From Fibrobacterales bacterium (GTDB lineage Bacteria > Fibrobacterota > Fibrobacteria > Fibrobacterales > JAOPTW01): a DNA stretch of 64,000 nucleotides. Each line of letters begins with the position of its first letter. Position 1 is the stretch's first letter. The stretch is taken from positions 64,001 through 128,000 of the forward strand of contig JAOPTX010000023.1 in assembly GCA_051532055.1 (NCBI GenBank). The letters are read 5' to 3'. Shown one piece after another: positions 49,526-58,726 of the stretch. Position numbers and translations under genes: made by a program. Under the pieces are notes generated by a model. It saw nothing but the letters and a program-made list of their open reading frames with translations. It was not told where the DNA came from and made no database searches.

Positions 49526-50254
49526 TCAAGATCCCTTATGGGATTTTGATGTTCCCGCCTGAGGACCAAAACGCTTCACAAGGCCATTATAATTGGAGAG
49601 TAACCTATTGTAGTAACGAATGGGAAGCTTTTTAAGGCTTTTTGTACGAATTGCCTTATTAAGAGTACCAGGGCCAACATTATAAGCCATAATGCCATAC
49701 CGTAGGCTTTTATAGCGAAGAATCATTTTTATAAGATACGTCGCCCCAAAGAGAATATTTATCTTTGGATTCATCAAATCCGCACGGGTCTGTAGACCCA
49801 CGCCAAGATGTTTTGACATGGACTGAGCTGTCCCCATTTTAATCTGCATGAGCCCCAAGGCCCCACTTAACTTTCCACTTCGATACTTACCCATTGCATC
49901 AGGATCCCCCTGACTCTCAACCGTAACAAGTGCCAAAATAAGAAGGGGGTCAAAAGAATAAGAACGAGAAATCTTCCAAAGCTCCTCGGTAATTTCGATA
50001 AGCTCTGCATTAGTGAGTTGCCCATACGCACTAAATTGAGTGGCCTCCAAAATTCGCACATACGCATAGGTCGAAGTTATCACCTTTTCAGTATGAAAAT
50101 TTTCACTCTCCAACTCTTTAATTTGAGCCTGAAGACTCTCTGCTGTCCGTGAATTCTTCACCCAAATCAGAGCAATCGCAATCAAAACCAGAGTAATAGA
50201 AGTACCCAACACTATAAGTGATATAACGTTTAATCTGATACTCGAACGGATCAC
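49526..50254 (-). CDS. Membrane-anchored lytic transglycosylase (SLT domain)
   Basis: N-terminal TM helix; VTVES (catalytic Glu), GALGLMQI, AYNVG motifs. Confidence 0.92.
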   Translation of the reverse strand: MIRSSIRLNVISLIVLGTSITLVLIAIALIWVKNSRTAESLQAQIKELESENFHTEKVITSTYAYVRILEATQFSAYGQLTNAELIEITEELWKISRSYSFDPLLILALVTVESQGDPDAMGKYRSGKLSGALGLMQIKMGTAQSMSKHLGVGLQTRADLMNPKINILFGATYLIKMILRYKSLRYGIMAYNVGPGTLNKAIRTKSLKKLPIRYYNRLLSNYNGLVKRFGPQAGTSKSHKGS

Positions 50255-50967
50255 TCGTTCTCCAACTCTTTTTTCTTTTTCCTTTTGTTTCGGCGCTTTT
50301 CAAGTACCTCTAAATACTGCACCCAATCAGAGACAAATGTGTAATCTGCATTCTCTAACGAATCGTTGACCAGCCCTAAATCTTTCAAAGGAGCCAAACG
50401 TAATTGCAGAGAAGTGATGTCTTTAAGCATCTTATCTTTTTGTACTTCTAACTGATGAATCAATTTGGTTTGTTCTGCAATACCCTCTTCTTGAAAACGA
50501 ATAATAGAGATCAAGGTAAGGAGCCACCCTCCTAGAAGAACTAACAAAATTGCAGCAACACCAGGCGAAAGACGCATTCCTGTTTTCTTGGAATAGATAA
50601 TCCCTGTTTTCTTAAGGTTTTTAACAAATCCAGAATTATGATACTCTTGTGCTGTCTGATAAATAGAAAAGAGATTGCTCCACTTAGCAAAATAGAGCAT
50701 TTTCTTTTCGGGACTCATAAGAATAATGAGATTTCCTCCACGTCCTTTTAAATTATTAAGAATTTCTAGAAGCATGGGCGCCAATTTTTGAGTACGCACT
50801 TCACAATGGTGCATGTCTAAAATAAAAAGCTTGTGCCCATCAATAATAAGAGACTCAAGTTTCTCTTGAACACTTTGCACCTGTTCGTCAAAGAAAAGCC
50901 CCTCCAATACAACAAGGATCTCATTATTTAAAGTCTCTATAGATATATCGAGCTGTTTTGACTTCAT
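50251..50967 (-). CDS. STAS-like domain, single TM helix and coiled-coil protein
   Basis: STAS-like pattern VVLEG...LFILDM...RGGNLII...FSIYQT, then a hydrophobic helix and heptad repeats. Confidence 0.7.
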   Translation of the reverse strand: MKSKQLDISIETLNNEILVVLEGLFFDEQVQSVQEKLESLIIDGHKLFILDMHHCEVRTQKLAPMLLEILNNLKGRGGNLIILMSPEKKMLYFAKWSNLFSIYQTAQEYHNSGFVKNLKKTGIIYSKKTGMRLSPGVAAILLVLLGGWLLTLISIIRFQEEGIAEQTKLIHQLEVQKDKMLKDITSLQLRLAPLKDLGLVNDSLENADYTFVSDWVQYLEVLEKRRNKRKKKKELENE

Positions 50968-52937
50968 CTCAATGATTTCCTTGTCTTTTTAATTTTAACT
51001 GTTGAGAGAAATTGTTCACTCTCTTGGCCTTTCATAGAAACAGGCCAGAGCGCGACGCAAGTATACCCTTGGAAGATCGAATCTCCTCCATCGTTAACCC
51101 GAATACTCATCTTCTTTACAATTATGGTACACTCTTTTACAAAACTCCATTCAAAAAGCACGCCGCATTTTTTGTCGAGTACTTCAAATTTGGTCACACT
51201 ATTTTTTTCAAAACCATCTGACATTTCAAAGCCTAGATTTATTATACGACCGTTAACACGAATACGCATTTTCTCTTCATTTGTAGTACTCAGAGTAACA
51301 TTGAATTCATTAGCAAAAAAACCTGAAAATTGATAAAACGTATTGTTCGTCACTTGATAATTGACGTTAATCTCAGAAGCTTTCTCTTTTACCGATATCA
51401 CTTTCTCTATCTTACACTCATGTTTAGTACCATCGAGTGTAAACTTTTGTCTCCCACTCATAAGGAGCTTCGTCGAAGATTTTTGTTTCTTTAATGTAAA
51501 ATCATAAGGAGACGTCAATTGCCCTTGGGTTCCCTCTAGATATCTTGTCACCCCTTCAAAAGAGAACGAATCCATGGGGATCATCCAGTCCCTGAAGCCT
51601 GATACAGGATCGACACTAAATCGTAGTTCTTCTTCATCAACGACCTTAGACTCACGATATCCATTGATAATATTAATAGGGCGAGGACGATACTCGAGAG
51701 ACCTCAAGCGGCCTCCCTTTAAAGGTTCTAATACAAAGCCCATAGTTCCATTAGTACATACAACCTGCTTAGATCCATTATTTAACAGATCAGTTTCTTC
51801 AATTTTAATACCCGTTCCAGGATGTATTTCTCGCAATCGCTCCTCAACCTGCAATAAAATTTCATAACACCGCACCCGGTCTTCAATGAAAGTAATACCG
51901 CCTGTTTGTTTTGAGTTCCGGTAATAAAAAACCCCTTGAACCGGTAACATCATCTCTTCAAGGGCATCAATCTGGGACTGTTGTTCAAGACGTGAAATCC
52001 TTTTATGTAAATGCATCATTCGCTTATGCAGGTAATTCGCCTCAGGCTGTAACACCAATAATTCACGACATGAGGTTAGGTGATTCTCTAACCCTAGGGA
52101 ACGCCCTGCAGTTTCAGGTATCGATATTCCGCCCTTCGAATAACCCGAGTCAATAAGCTGTGCAAGAGTCCCAACTTCGACAGGAAGCTCTGCCTCTGAT
52201 ATTTTTTCAAACATTGTCTTGAGATGATCAAGCCAATCATATTCATACTCACCCCGTGCAAGACCAAAAAATGGGAGATCAACAAGTACAAGTTTATCCT
52301 CAGCATCCTCTAAGTCGGGCAAATTCATTTCACAGAGTTTTGATAATTTTTCAACCATACCTTCAATATTACCATCTGCAAAGAGCTGCATAAATCCATC
52401 CAGCGCAGGCATTACTTTAACTAAACGACCTCTATCTTCAACACAAAAATAACCCGCGCGATCACTATAACGCCAAAGTGATCCTTTCAATTGATAATCT
52501 TTTAAGAGGGTATATTCAAAATGATTTTCCGCCAAGAGCTCAACCATTGAGTTTTCCCAAATATATGCAGAAGGAAAAAAACCTCGGGGCCGAACATGCA
52601 GATTGTTTTCAATAAGGTCCATCAACTTTTTAATTTGAAGTTGCTGAAGTGACCGTGGTAAAAATGGAAATACCGGATCATAATACCCACCACCAAGCCA
52701 CTCGATAGTACCACTTTGTGATTCAACAAGTAATCGTTTAAAAAGATCAGACTTTTTTTGAATAAGGCCATTCAAAAAGGACCCACAACTATAGAGGGTT
52801 ATACCCTTCATGCTATTTGAATCGAGTACTTTATAGAGCTGTTCTAAAAAAAGTTGGCCATACTCTACCAACTGCTTCTCTTGAAGCAATGGCATATCAT
52901 GTATATGCAATACTATTGCAAGTTTAACTTTTCTCAT
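50964..52937 (-). CDS. GH57 4-alpha-glucanotransferase-like protein, probably catalytically inactive
   Basis: IEWLGGGYYDP, FEYTLL, PEANYLHKRM and PLKGGRL motifs give the full GH57 plus C-terminal beta-sandwich architecture. The nucleophile Glu position reads Ala. Confidence 0.8.
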   Translation of the reverse strand: MRKVKLAIVLHIHDMPLLQEKQLVEYGQLFLEQLYKVLDSNSMKGITLYSCGSFLNGLIQKKSDLFKRLLVESQSGTIEWLGGGYYDPVFPFLPRSLQQLQIKKLMDLIENNLHVRPRGFFPSAYIWENSMVELLAENHFEYTLLKDYQLKGSLWRYSDRAGYFCVEDRGRLVKVMPALDGFMQLFADGNIEGMVEKLSKLCEMNLPDLEDAEDKLVLVDLPFFGLARGEYEYDWLDHLKTMFEKISEAELPVEVGTLAQLIDSGYSKGGISIPETAGRSLGLENHLTSCRELLVLQPEANYLHKRMMHLHKRISRLEQQSQIDALEEMMLPVQGVFYYRNSKQTGGITFIEDRVRCYEILLQVEERLREIHPGTGIKIEETDLLNNGSKQVVCTNGTMGFVLEPLKGGRLRSLEYRPRPINIINGYRESKVVDEEELRFSVDPVSGFRDWMIPMDSFSFEGVTRYLEGTQGQLTSPYDFTLKKQKSSTKLLMSGRQKFTLDGTKHECKIEKVISVKEKASEINVNYQVTNNTFYQFSGFFANEFNVTLSTTNEEKMRIRVNGRIINLGFEMSDGFEKNSVTKFEVLDKKCGVLFEWSFVKECTIIVKKMSIRVNDGGDSIFQGYTCVALWPVSMKGQESEQFLSTVKIKKTRKSLR

Positions 52938-53121
52938 AGAATCATTTTGTAGTGCTCTTTATTCTATCATAATAGTATTTAAAAAGGTTACAAAATGCTC
53001 TTTTTTAGCCACATACTATCTTTTTACAAATAACATGTTCTGCAAAAATATTTTTTTGAATAGAAAATCTATTGTGCTTGACTTCTCTCAATTCGGTAGA
53101 GGAAATACCAATAAGAGTGAA

Positions 53122-53964
53122 CTATATTTCTTTATTATCAATGAGCCGTGTCGCACCATAAAAAGCAGCAACAAGTATCACTGCTTTTTCAGTCACCCTA
53201 CCTTTAAGAGGCAGAAGAGTATCTCGTGAAGCAACTTCAACATATTGGATTTCCCGGCACGTTGACTTTTCAATCTCTTTAACTATCACTCTCTTCAATT
53301 GAGCCACAGTTTGCGGAGTCTCTTTTTGCAGCCTCTGTGCCTTATGAAGCCCTGTACTGATTGCAAGCGCGCTGCCCCGATCTTTAGAAGAGAGATACTC
53401 GTTACGCGAACTCATTGCGAGCCCTGACTGCTCTCGGATCGTAGCACCAAGAACTATCTTAATGGGATAACTTAAATCAGATACCATTTTTTTAATCAGG
53501 TATGCTTGTTGGTAATCTTTTTTTCCAAAATAGGCTCGATTAGGCTGAACACAATTAAAAAGTTTAGATACTACTGTTAAGACGCCATCAAAGTGACCAT
53601 CACGATAGGCCCCACAATAGAGATGTTGTATTACTCTATTGGTAACATAGGTTTGATGAGAGTCAGTATAAAACTTTTGGTACTCTGGAAAAAAAAGGAC
53701 ATCAACATCACTTTTTTTTAATCCTAATGAATCCTCTTTAAACGTTCTCGGATACCTAGTAAGGTCTTCATTGGGTCCAAACTGTAATGGATTAACAAAG
53801 ATGGAGACGATGGTCACATCATTTTGCGAAACAGACTTTTCAACCAAAGAAAAGTGGCCTTTATGAAGCGCCCCCATCGTTGGTACAAACCCTATTGAAT
53901 GACTTTTTACTTTAACCGATGCGACATATCGTGCGAGTGCATCTGCCGTACGAATTACTTTCAT
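53122..53964 (-). CDS. panC: Pantoate-beta-alanine ligase
   Basis: PTMGALHKGH, FVNPLQF, GKKDYQQ, AMSSRN, RLIDN motifs. Confidence 0.98.
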   Translation of the reverse strand: MKVIRTADALARYVASVKVKSHSIGFVPTMGALHKGHFSLVEKSVSQNDVTIVSIFVNPLQFGPNEDLTRYPRTFKEDSLGLKKSDVDVLFFPEYQKFYTDSHQTYVTNRVIQHLYCGAYRDGHFDGVLTVVSKLFNCVQPNRAYFGKKDYQQAYLIKKMVSDLSYPIKIVLGATIREQSGLAMSSRNEYLSSKDRGSALAISTGLHKAQRLQKETPQTVAQLKRVIVKEIEKSTCREIQYVEVASRDTLLPLKGRVTEKAVILVAAFYGATRLIDNKEI

Positions 53965-54617
53965 AAATGAAGTGATGTTGGTGAGTAGTAGGTTGTTCCT
54001 TTGGGGAACGATTCGATGACATTGAGAAGGTCCTTGAGATCATCTTCTTTTTCAACAAAGTCAATATTATCTGTATTTACAATCAGGACAGGGCATTCTA
54101 CAACATGGAAAAAATAGTGGTTGTACGCTTCAATAAGCTCTTCAAGATAAGCCCGGTCCATTTTTTGTTCCCAAGTACGACCTCTTTTTTTAATACGCTC
54201 TACCAGGGTGTCAATATTTGCCTGAAGATACACAACAAAGTCCGGCTTCACTACATCTTTTGCAAGTGCATGTGCAACTTTATCATACATAGCAAGCTCA
54301 TCTCGTGTTAAATTTATTGAAGCAAAAATTCGGTCTTTATCAAAAACATAATCACCAACAATACAACTGCTAAACATATCACGCTGTTCAAAAGTTTCAT
54401 AAAATTGTTTGTGACGAGAGAGTAAAAAGAAAAGTTGCACCTGAAAGGCATATGCTTCACGGTTACTATAAAACTTTCCAAGAAAAGGGTTCTCTTCAAC
54501 TTCTTCATGCATCAACTGTGCACCCAGTCTCTGAGCAATCATCTCACTCAATGAGCTTTTCCCTACTCCAATAACCCCTTCAATGGCAAGAAACTGTATC
54601 TCTTCTGGTAATGTCAT
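53961..54617 (-). CDS. Deoxynucleoside kinase
   Basis: IEGVIGVGKS, ENPFL..FY, QLFFLLSR, RIKKRGR motifs. Confidence 0.93.
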   Translation of the reverse strand: MTLPEEIQFLAIEGVIGVGKSSLSEMIAQRLGAQLMHEEVEENPFLGKFYSNREAYAFQVQLFFLLSRHKQFYETFEQRDMFSSCIVGDYVFDKDRIFASINLTRDELAMYDKVAHALAKDVVKPDFVVYLQANIDTLVERIKKRGRTWEQKMDRAYLEELIEAYNHYFFHVVECPVLIVNTDNIDFVEKEDDLKDLLNVIESFPKGTTYYSPTSLHL

Positions 54618-54687
54618 TCTCAGCCTAATTATAGTTCGTTTGTCTGTCCTCGTTTACCGAACAGTCTCAGTATACCAAAACATCCAA

Positions 54688-55191
54688 CTAATATTCATCT
54701 ACTCGCACGATATCTGCATCACTCTCGGTAGTGCGTAATCGATCAAGTAACTGTCGAACACTCACCAACTGTTGTGGATCCACAACAGTACTGTTGAGAT
54801 CGCAAAAAGGAATTAAGACAAAAAATCGTTTGGTCAGTTCTTTATGAGGAATGGTAACATATCCCGTTTGAACTATTTTATTTCCATAATATAGCATATC
54901 ACAATCAATTTCTCTAGCACCCCATCGTCTTCTTTTTTTTCTTCCAACAATAATTTCAACCCCCTTACAAAAATTCAAGAGTTTATCGGGCGTGAGATCC
55001 GTATCAAATGAAATCACCATATTATAAAATTTTTCTTGATCTTGTGGCCCAACAGGAGGCGTCTCATACAGAGGACTCTCCGCTATTTCACCATGGGCAA
55101 TCTTTGTAAACAGCTGAATTGCGCTCTTTAGGTGAGCATGGCGATCTCCTACATTGCTTCCCAAAGACAGGTATATACGTTCTATAGACAT
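54688..55191 (-). CDS. folK: HPPK (folate biosynthesis)
   Basis: LSLGSNVG, SPLYET, WGAREIDCD, IPH motifs. Confidence 0.96.
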   Translation of the reverse strand: MSIERIYLSLGSNVGDRHAHLKSAIQLFTKIAHGEIAESPLYETPPVGPQDQEKFYNMVISFDTDLTPDKLLNFCKGVEIIVGRKKRRRWGAREIDCDMLYYGNKIVQTGYVTIPHKELTKRFFVLIPFCDLNSTVVDPQQLVSVRQLLDRLRTTESDADIVRVDEY

Positions 55192-55416
55192 TTTAATCTT
55201 TTTTATCTCTCTATCTCATTACAATTTACAACATACATTTCTTTTGAGTCTTCAGTATAATCTAATTCACTAGAATGCCAACCAAAATAACTATTGAATT
55301 ATAATTTTTTTTGGCAAGATCACCATGTCATAAATTTCATGTATAATATCATTTTATTGTAATCCCTTGGCTTTACTCAAATTACAAGCTTGTAACTATC
55401 GACCTTTGTCGCAATA

Positions 55417-55464
55417 ATCACAATATGTAGTATGTAATCAATAATTACTACACAACATCTACAT
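55417..55464. promoter_or_regulatory. Tandem NrdR boxes upstream of nrdD
   Basis: CACAATATGTAGT at 55419 and CACAACATCTAC at 55451, 32 bp apart; resembles acaCwAtATaTwGt. Confidence 0.7.
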
Positions 55465-55526
55465 GTTTACTTAACTTTACAAAACAAGATCAGATTCTTT
55501 ACAAACCTACAATAGCCAGGATACAG

Positions 55527-57275
55527 ATGTCAGACATGAAAGAACAAAATCTAAAACCCGTCGTTAATGTTGATGCGATTTCAACAATCGACGAATACCT
55601 CGAAAAACTTGACTGGCGCGTACAAGCGAACGCCAACCAAGGATACTCACTCGGTGGAATGATCCTAAATATTTCTGGGAAACTCATTGCAAACTACTGG
55701 CTCTCAAACGTGTATCGGAAGGAAATTGGGGAAGCGCATCGCAATGCCGATATGCATATTCACGATCTTGATATGCTTGCAGGATACTGTGCAGGCTGGT
55801 CACTCCGCACCCTCCTAAGAGAAGGTTTCAATGGTGTTCCTGGTAAAATCGAGTCAACACCTCCAAAACACCTATCAGCAGCAATTGGCCAGATGGTTAA
55901 CTTCCTCGGTACGTTACAAAATGAATGGGCCGGTGCGCAAGCATTCTCATCATTCGACACCTACCTTGCACCTTTTGTAAAAATTGACAATTTAAGCTAT
56001 GAAGACGTCAAACAAAACATTCAAGAATTTATCTACAACTTAAATGTCCCTTCACGCTGGGGTACTCAAACACCATTTACCAATGTAACTCTTGACTGGA
56101 CCTGCCCTGAAGACCTTAAAGAACAACTCCCAATCATTGGTGGTGAAGAAGCTGACTTTACCTATGCCGACGTATCCAAAGAGATGGCGATGATTAATCG
56201 GGCCTACATGGAAGTAATGATTCAAGGCGATGCTAAAGGAAGAATTTTTACATTCCCTATCCCCACTTATAATATTACACCTGATTTTGACTGGGATGGT
56301 GAAAACACTGAACTTCTTTTTGAAATGACCGCAAAATACGGTCTTCCTTATTTTCAAAACTTCCTCAACTCTGACCTCAATCCTGAAGACGTTCGTTCAA
56401 TGTGTTGTCGTTTACAGCTCGACCTTAGAGAGCTCCTCAAAAGAGGAAACGGACTCTTTGGCTCAGCAGAACAGACCGGCTCAATAGGTGTCGTGACCAT
56501 AAATTGTGCACGCCTTGGCCACAACTTCAAAGATGACCATGAAGGCCTCTTAGCTCAACTCGACAGCCTTCTTGAACTCGCCCGAGAAAGTCTTGACAAA
56601 AAACGTGAAGTAGTTCAATACTATATAGATAACGGACTATTCCCGTACACAAAACGATATCTCGGCACAGTACGCAATCACTTCTCGACCATTGGTGTCA
56701 ATGGTATTAATGAGTGTGTGAGAAACTTTTTTAATGATAAAGAAGATATTGCGTCACCCGCAGGTAAACACTTTGCAGTAAAACTTCTGGATCACATAAG
56801 AGAAAAAATGGTTGCCTTTCAAGAAGAGACTGGCAATCTTTACAACCTTGAAGCAACTCCTGGGGAAGGCACAACCTACCGTTTTGCAAAAGAAGATCAG
56901 AAGCGCTACCCTGAAATTCTTCAAGCGGGAACTCAGGATGCACCCTACTATACCAACTCATCACAGCTCCCGGTTGGATACACTGATGATCCATTCGAAG
57001 CACTCATGCACCAAGAAGAACTTCAAGGTAAATATACTGGTGGTACCGTCCTCCACCTCTATATGTCAGAACGAATTTCGGGCATTGAGGCATGTAAATC
57101 ACTCGTCCGCAGAAGCCTCGAACGATTTAAACTACCCTACATAACCATTTCTCCGACCTTCTCAATCTGCCCGACACATGGTTACCTTACCGGTGAATAT
57201 GATTATTGTCCAAAATGTGACGAAGCACTGATCGAGAAAAAATTGAAAGAACAAGGGGTTACAACCTCAGTATAA
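55527..57275 (+). CDS. nrdD: Class III ribonucleotide reductase, large part (no ATP cone, no glycyl-radical loop)
   Basis: HIHDLD, GYCAGWS, SMCCRL, NLEATPGE, YYTNS, YTGGT motifs and a C-terminal CPTH..CPKC zinc site. Confidence 0.95.
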   Translation: MSDMKEQNLKPVVNVDAISTIDEYLEKLDWRVQANANQGYSLGGMILNISGKLIANYWLSNVYRKEIGEAHRNADMHIHDLDMLAGYCAGWSLRTLLREGFNGVPGKIESTPPKHLSAAIGQMVNFLGTLQNEWAGAQAFSSFDTYLAPFVKIDNLSYEDVKQNIQEFIYNLNVPSRWGTQTPFTNVTLDWTCPEDLKEQLPIIGGEEADFTYADVSKEMAMINRAYMEVMIQGDAKGRIFTFPIPTYNITPDFDWDGENTELLFEMTAKYGLPYFQNFLNSDLNPEDVRSMCCRLQLDLRELLKRGNGLFGSAEQTGSIGVVTINCARLGHNFKDDHEGLLAQLDSLLELARESLDKKREVVQYYIDNGLFPYTKRYLGTVRNHFSTIGVNGINECVRNFFNDKEDIASPAGKHFAVKLLDHIREKMVAFQEETGNLYNLEATPGEGTTYRFAKEDQKRYPEILQAGTQDAPYYTNSSQLPVGYTDDPFEALMHQEELQGKYTGGTVLHLYMSERISGIEACKSLVRRSLERFKLPYITISPTFSICPTHGYLTGEYDYCPKCDEALIEKKLKEQGVTTSV

Positions 57276-57365
57276 AACAAACTCCCGCTTTCAGTTATTA
57301 TCTGAGCGGGAACACACTAAAATAAATTTAGCCAAGAACAACCAAACGATAAGGAAACAACAGTA

Positions 57366-57551
57366 ATGATCGAAGAACTCAATATCGATAACGCACAAAG
57401 AACAAAATGTGAAATCTGGACCCGCGTAATGGGATACCACCGCCCCGTCACAGAATTTAACCTGGGCAAAAAATCTGAATATGCAGAACGCAATACTTTT
57501 ATTGAATCTAAAGCCATGGCTGCATGTGTAGCTGAGACAGCAGTTGCATAA
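57366..57551 (+). CDS. Stand-alone NrdD C-terminal glycyl-radical peptide
   Basis: CEIWTRVMGYHRPV..FNLGKKSEYAER; own AAGGA SD. Confidence 0.9.
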   Translation: MIEELNIDNAQRTKCEIWTRVMGYHRPVTEFNLGKKSEYAERNTFIESKAMAACVAETAVA

Positions 57552-58245
57552 TTCTCTATCAATGGTGCCGATTGGGGGAATGACCCCCATGACGACCATC
57601 GACTTTCCCGGCAAGCTCTCGGCTGTTCTCTACACCAAAGGGTGCCCGTGGAAATGTCACTATTGTTACAATACAGAGCTTCTCGACTACAACTCAGACA
57701 ATACCCTTGATCCTGAAGGACTAGAGAAGTTCTTACTGAAGCGAAAAAACCTACTTGATGCCATTGTCATTTGTGGCGGTGAACCAACATCTCATACAAA
57801 ACTCCCCGAATTTATAGATACTATTCGTTCATACGGGTATCTTATTGGCCTCCACACCAATGGTGTCTTTCCTAAAGTTCTTTCACAGGTTATTGAAAAA
57901 TGTGACTGGATTGCAATGGATATTAAAGCACCACTTGACCAATATGACTCTGTCACTGATGTCCCCAATAGTGCCAAAAATATAGAAGAAAGTATTGATA
58001 TTATTATTAAAAGTGGTGTTGCCCACGAGTTCCGCACTACGGTCCATAGTCACTTACTCGATACCAAAGCCTTGCTACACAAAAGTCGGTTCCTTTCTGA
58101 CAAAGGTGCACAAGTATATGCTCTTCAAAACTTCCAAAACATGCCCGTACTTAATCCCGAGCTCAATGAGAAACCTCATCGAACAATATCTCAAACAGTA
58201 ATTGATGAAATTAGACCGCTTTTCCGTGAATTAATCATCCGTTAA
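57544..58245 (+). CDS. nrdG: Class III RNR activating enzyme (start at TTG 57544 or ATG 57562)
   Basis: IDFPG, GCPWKCHYCYN, GGEPT, EFRTT motifs. Confidence 0.95.
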   Translation: MHNSLSMVPIGGMTPMTTIDFPGKLSAVLYTKGCPWKCHYCYNTELLDYNSDNTLDPEGLEKFLLKRKNLLDAIVICGGEPTSHTKLPEFIDTIRSYGYLIGLHTNGVFPKVLSQVIEKCDWIAMDIKAPLDQYDSVTDVPNSAKNIEESIDIIIKSGVAHEFRTTVHSHLLDTKALLHKSRFLSDKGAQVYALQNFQNMPVLNPELNEKPHRTISQTVIDEIRPLFRELIIR

Positions 58246-58276
58246 CTCCCAAAAAACTAAAGAAACAGTTTCTAAA

Positions 58277-58292
58277 AGTGATTGTAATCACA
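58277..58292. promoter_or_regulatory. CRP-like palindrome upstream of the orphan rod-like gene
   Basis: AGTGA-TTGTAA-TCACA, one mismatch to TGTGA-N6-TCACA. Confidence 0.45.
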
Positions 58293-58354
58293 AACCACAT
58301 AGGAGCACTCATTCAATAAAAGCACTTTACAGGGTTTTTAGGTATATTAAACCT

Positions 58355-58711
58355 ATGAATATAAATGGTTTGGCATCGGCAATTTCAGGCTTAAAAGCAT
58401 CATCTACTCGCATGAATGTGAGTGCCCATAATATTGCCAACGTTAATACTGATGAATTCAAAGCACAAATAGTCAATCAACATGAAGATAACAGTATTGT
58501 CGATACAACCATCAGTCGGGATCTCACACAAGGCCCTATTATTCAAAGAACCTCTAAAGATGGTGCCCAAGAGAATATCGAGATGAGTAACGTCGACATC
58601 TCTAAAGAAGCTGCCAATCAAATCCTAGCCAGTGGTAATTACAAAGCCAATGTAAAATCCATTCAAGTTCAAGATGAAGTTCTCGGTACGCTCATCAATA
58701 TTGTTACATAA
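58355..58711 (+). CDS. Short flagellar basal-body rod/hook-family protein (FlgC-like orphan)
   Basis: AHNIANVNT N-terminal motif and SNVDISKE...YKANVK C-terminal motif. Confidence 0.85.
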   Translation: MNINGLASAISGLKASSTRMNVSAHNIANVNTDEFKAQIVNQHEDNSIVDTTISRDLTQGPIIQRTSKDGAQENIEMSNVDISKEAANQILASGNYKANVKSIQVQDEVLGTLINIVT

Positions 58712-58726
58712 AGTTCGGCGAGTATA

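Noticed and set aside
49526..50254. SLT as a prophage or conjugation gene
   Set aside because: No integrase, structural or T4SS genes nearby; it sits among housekeeping and flagellar genes.
57273..57366. Stop-codon readthrough joining nrdD to the radical peptide (same frame, hairpin after the stop)
   Set aside because: Further in-frame TGA and TAA stops lie in the spacer, and the small ORF has its own SD.
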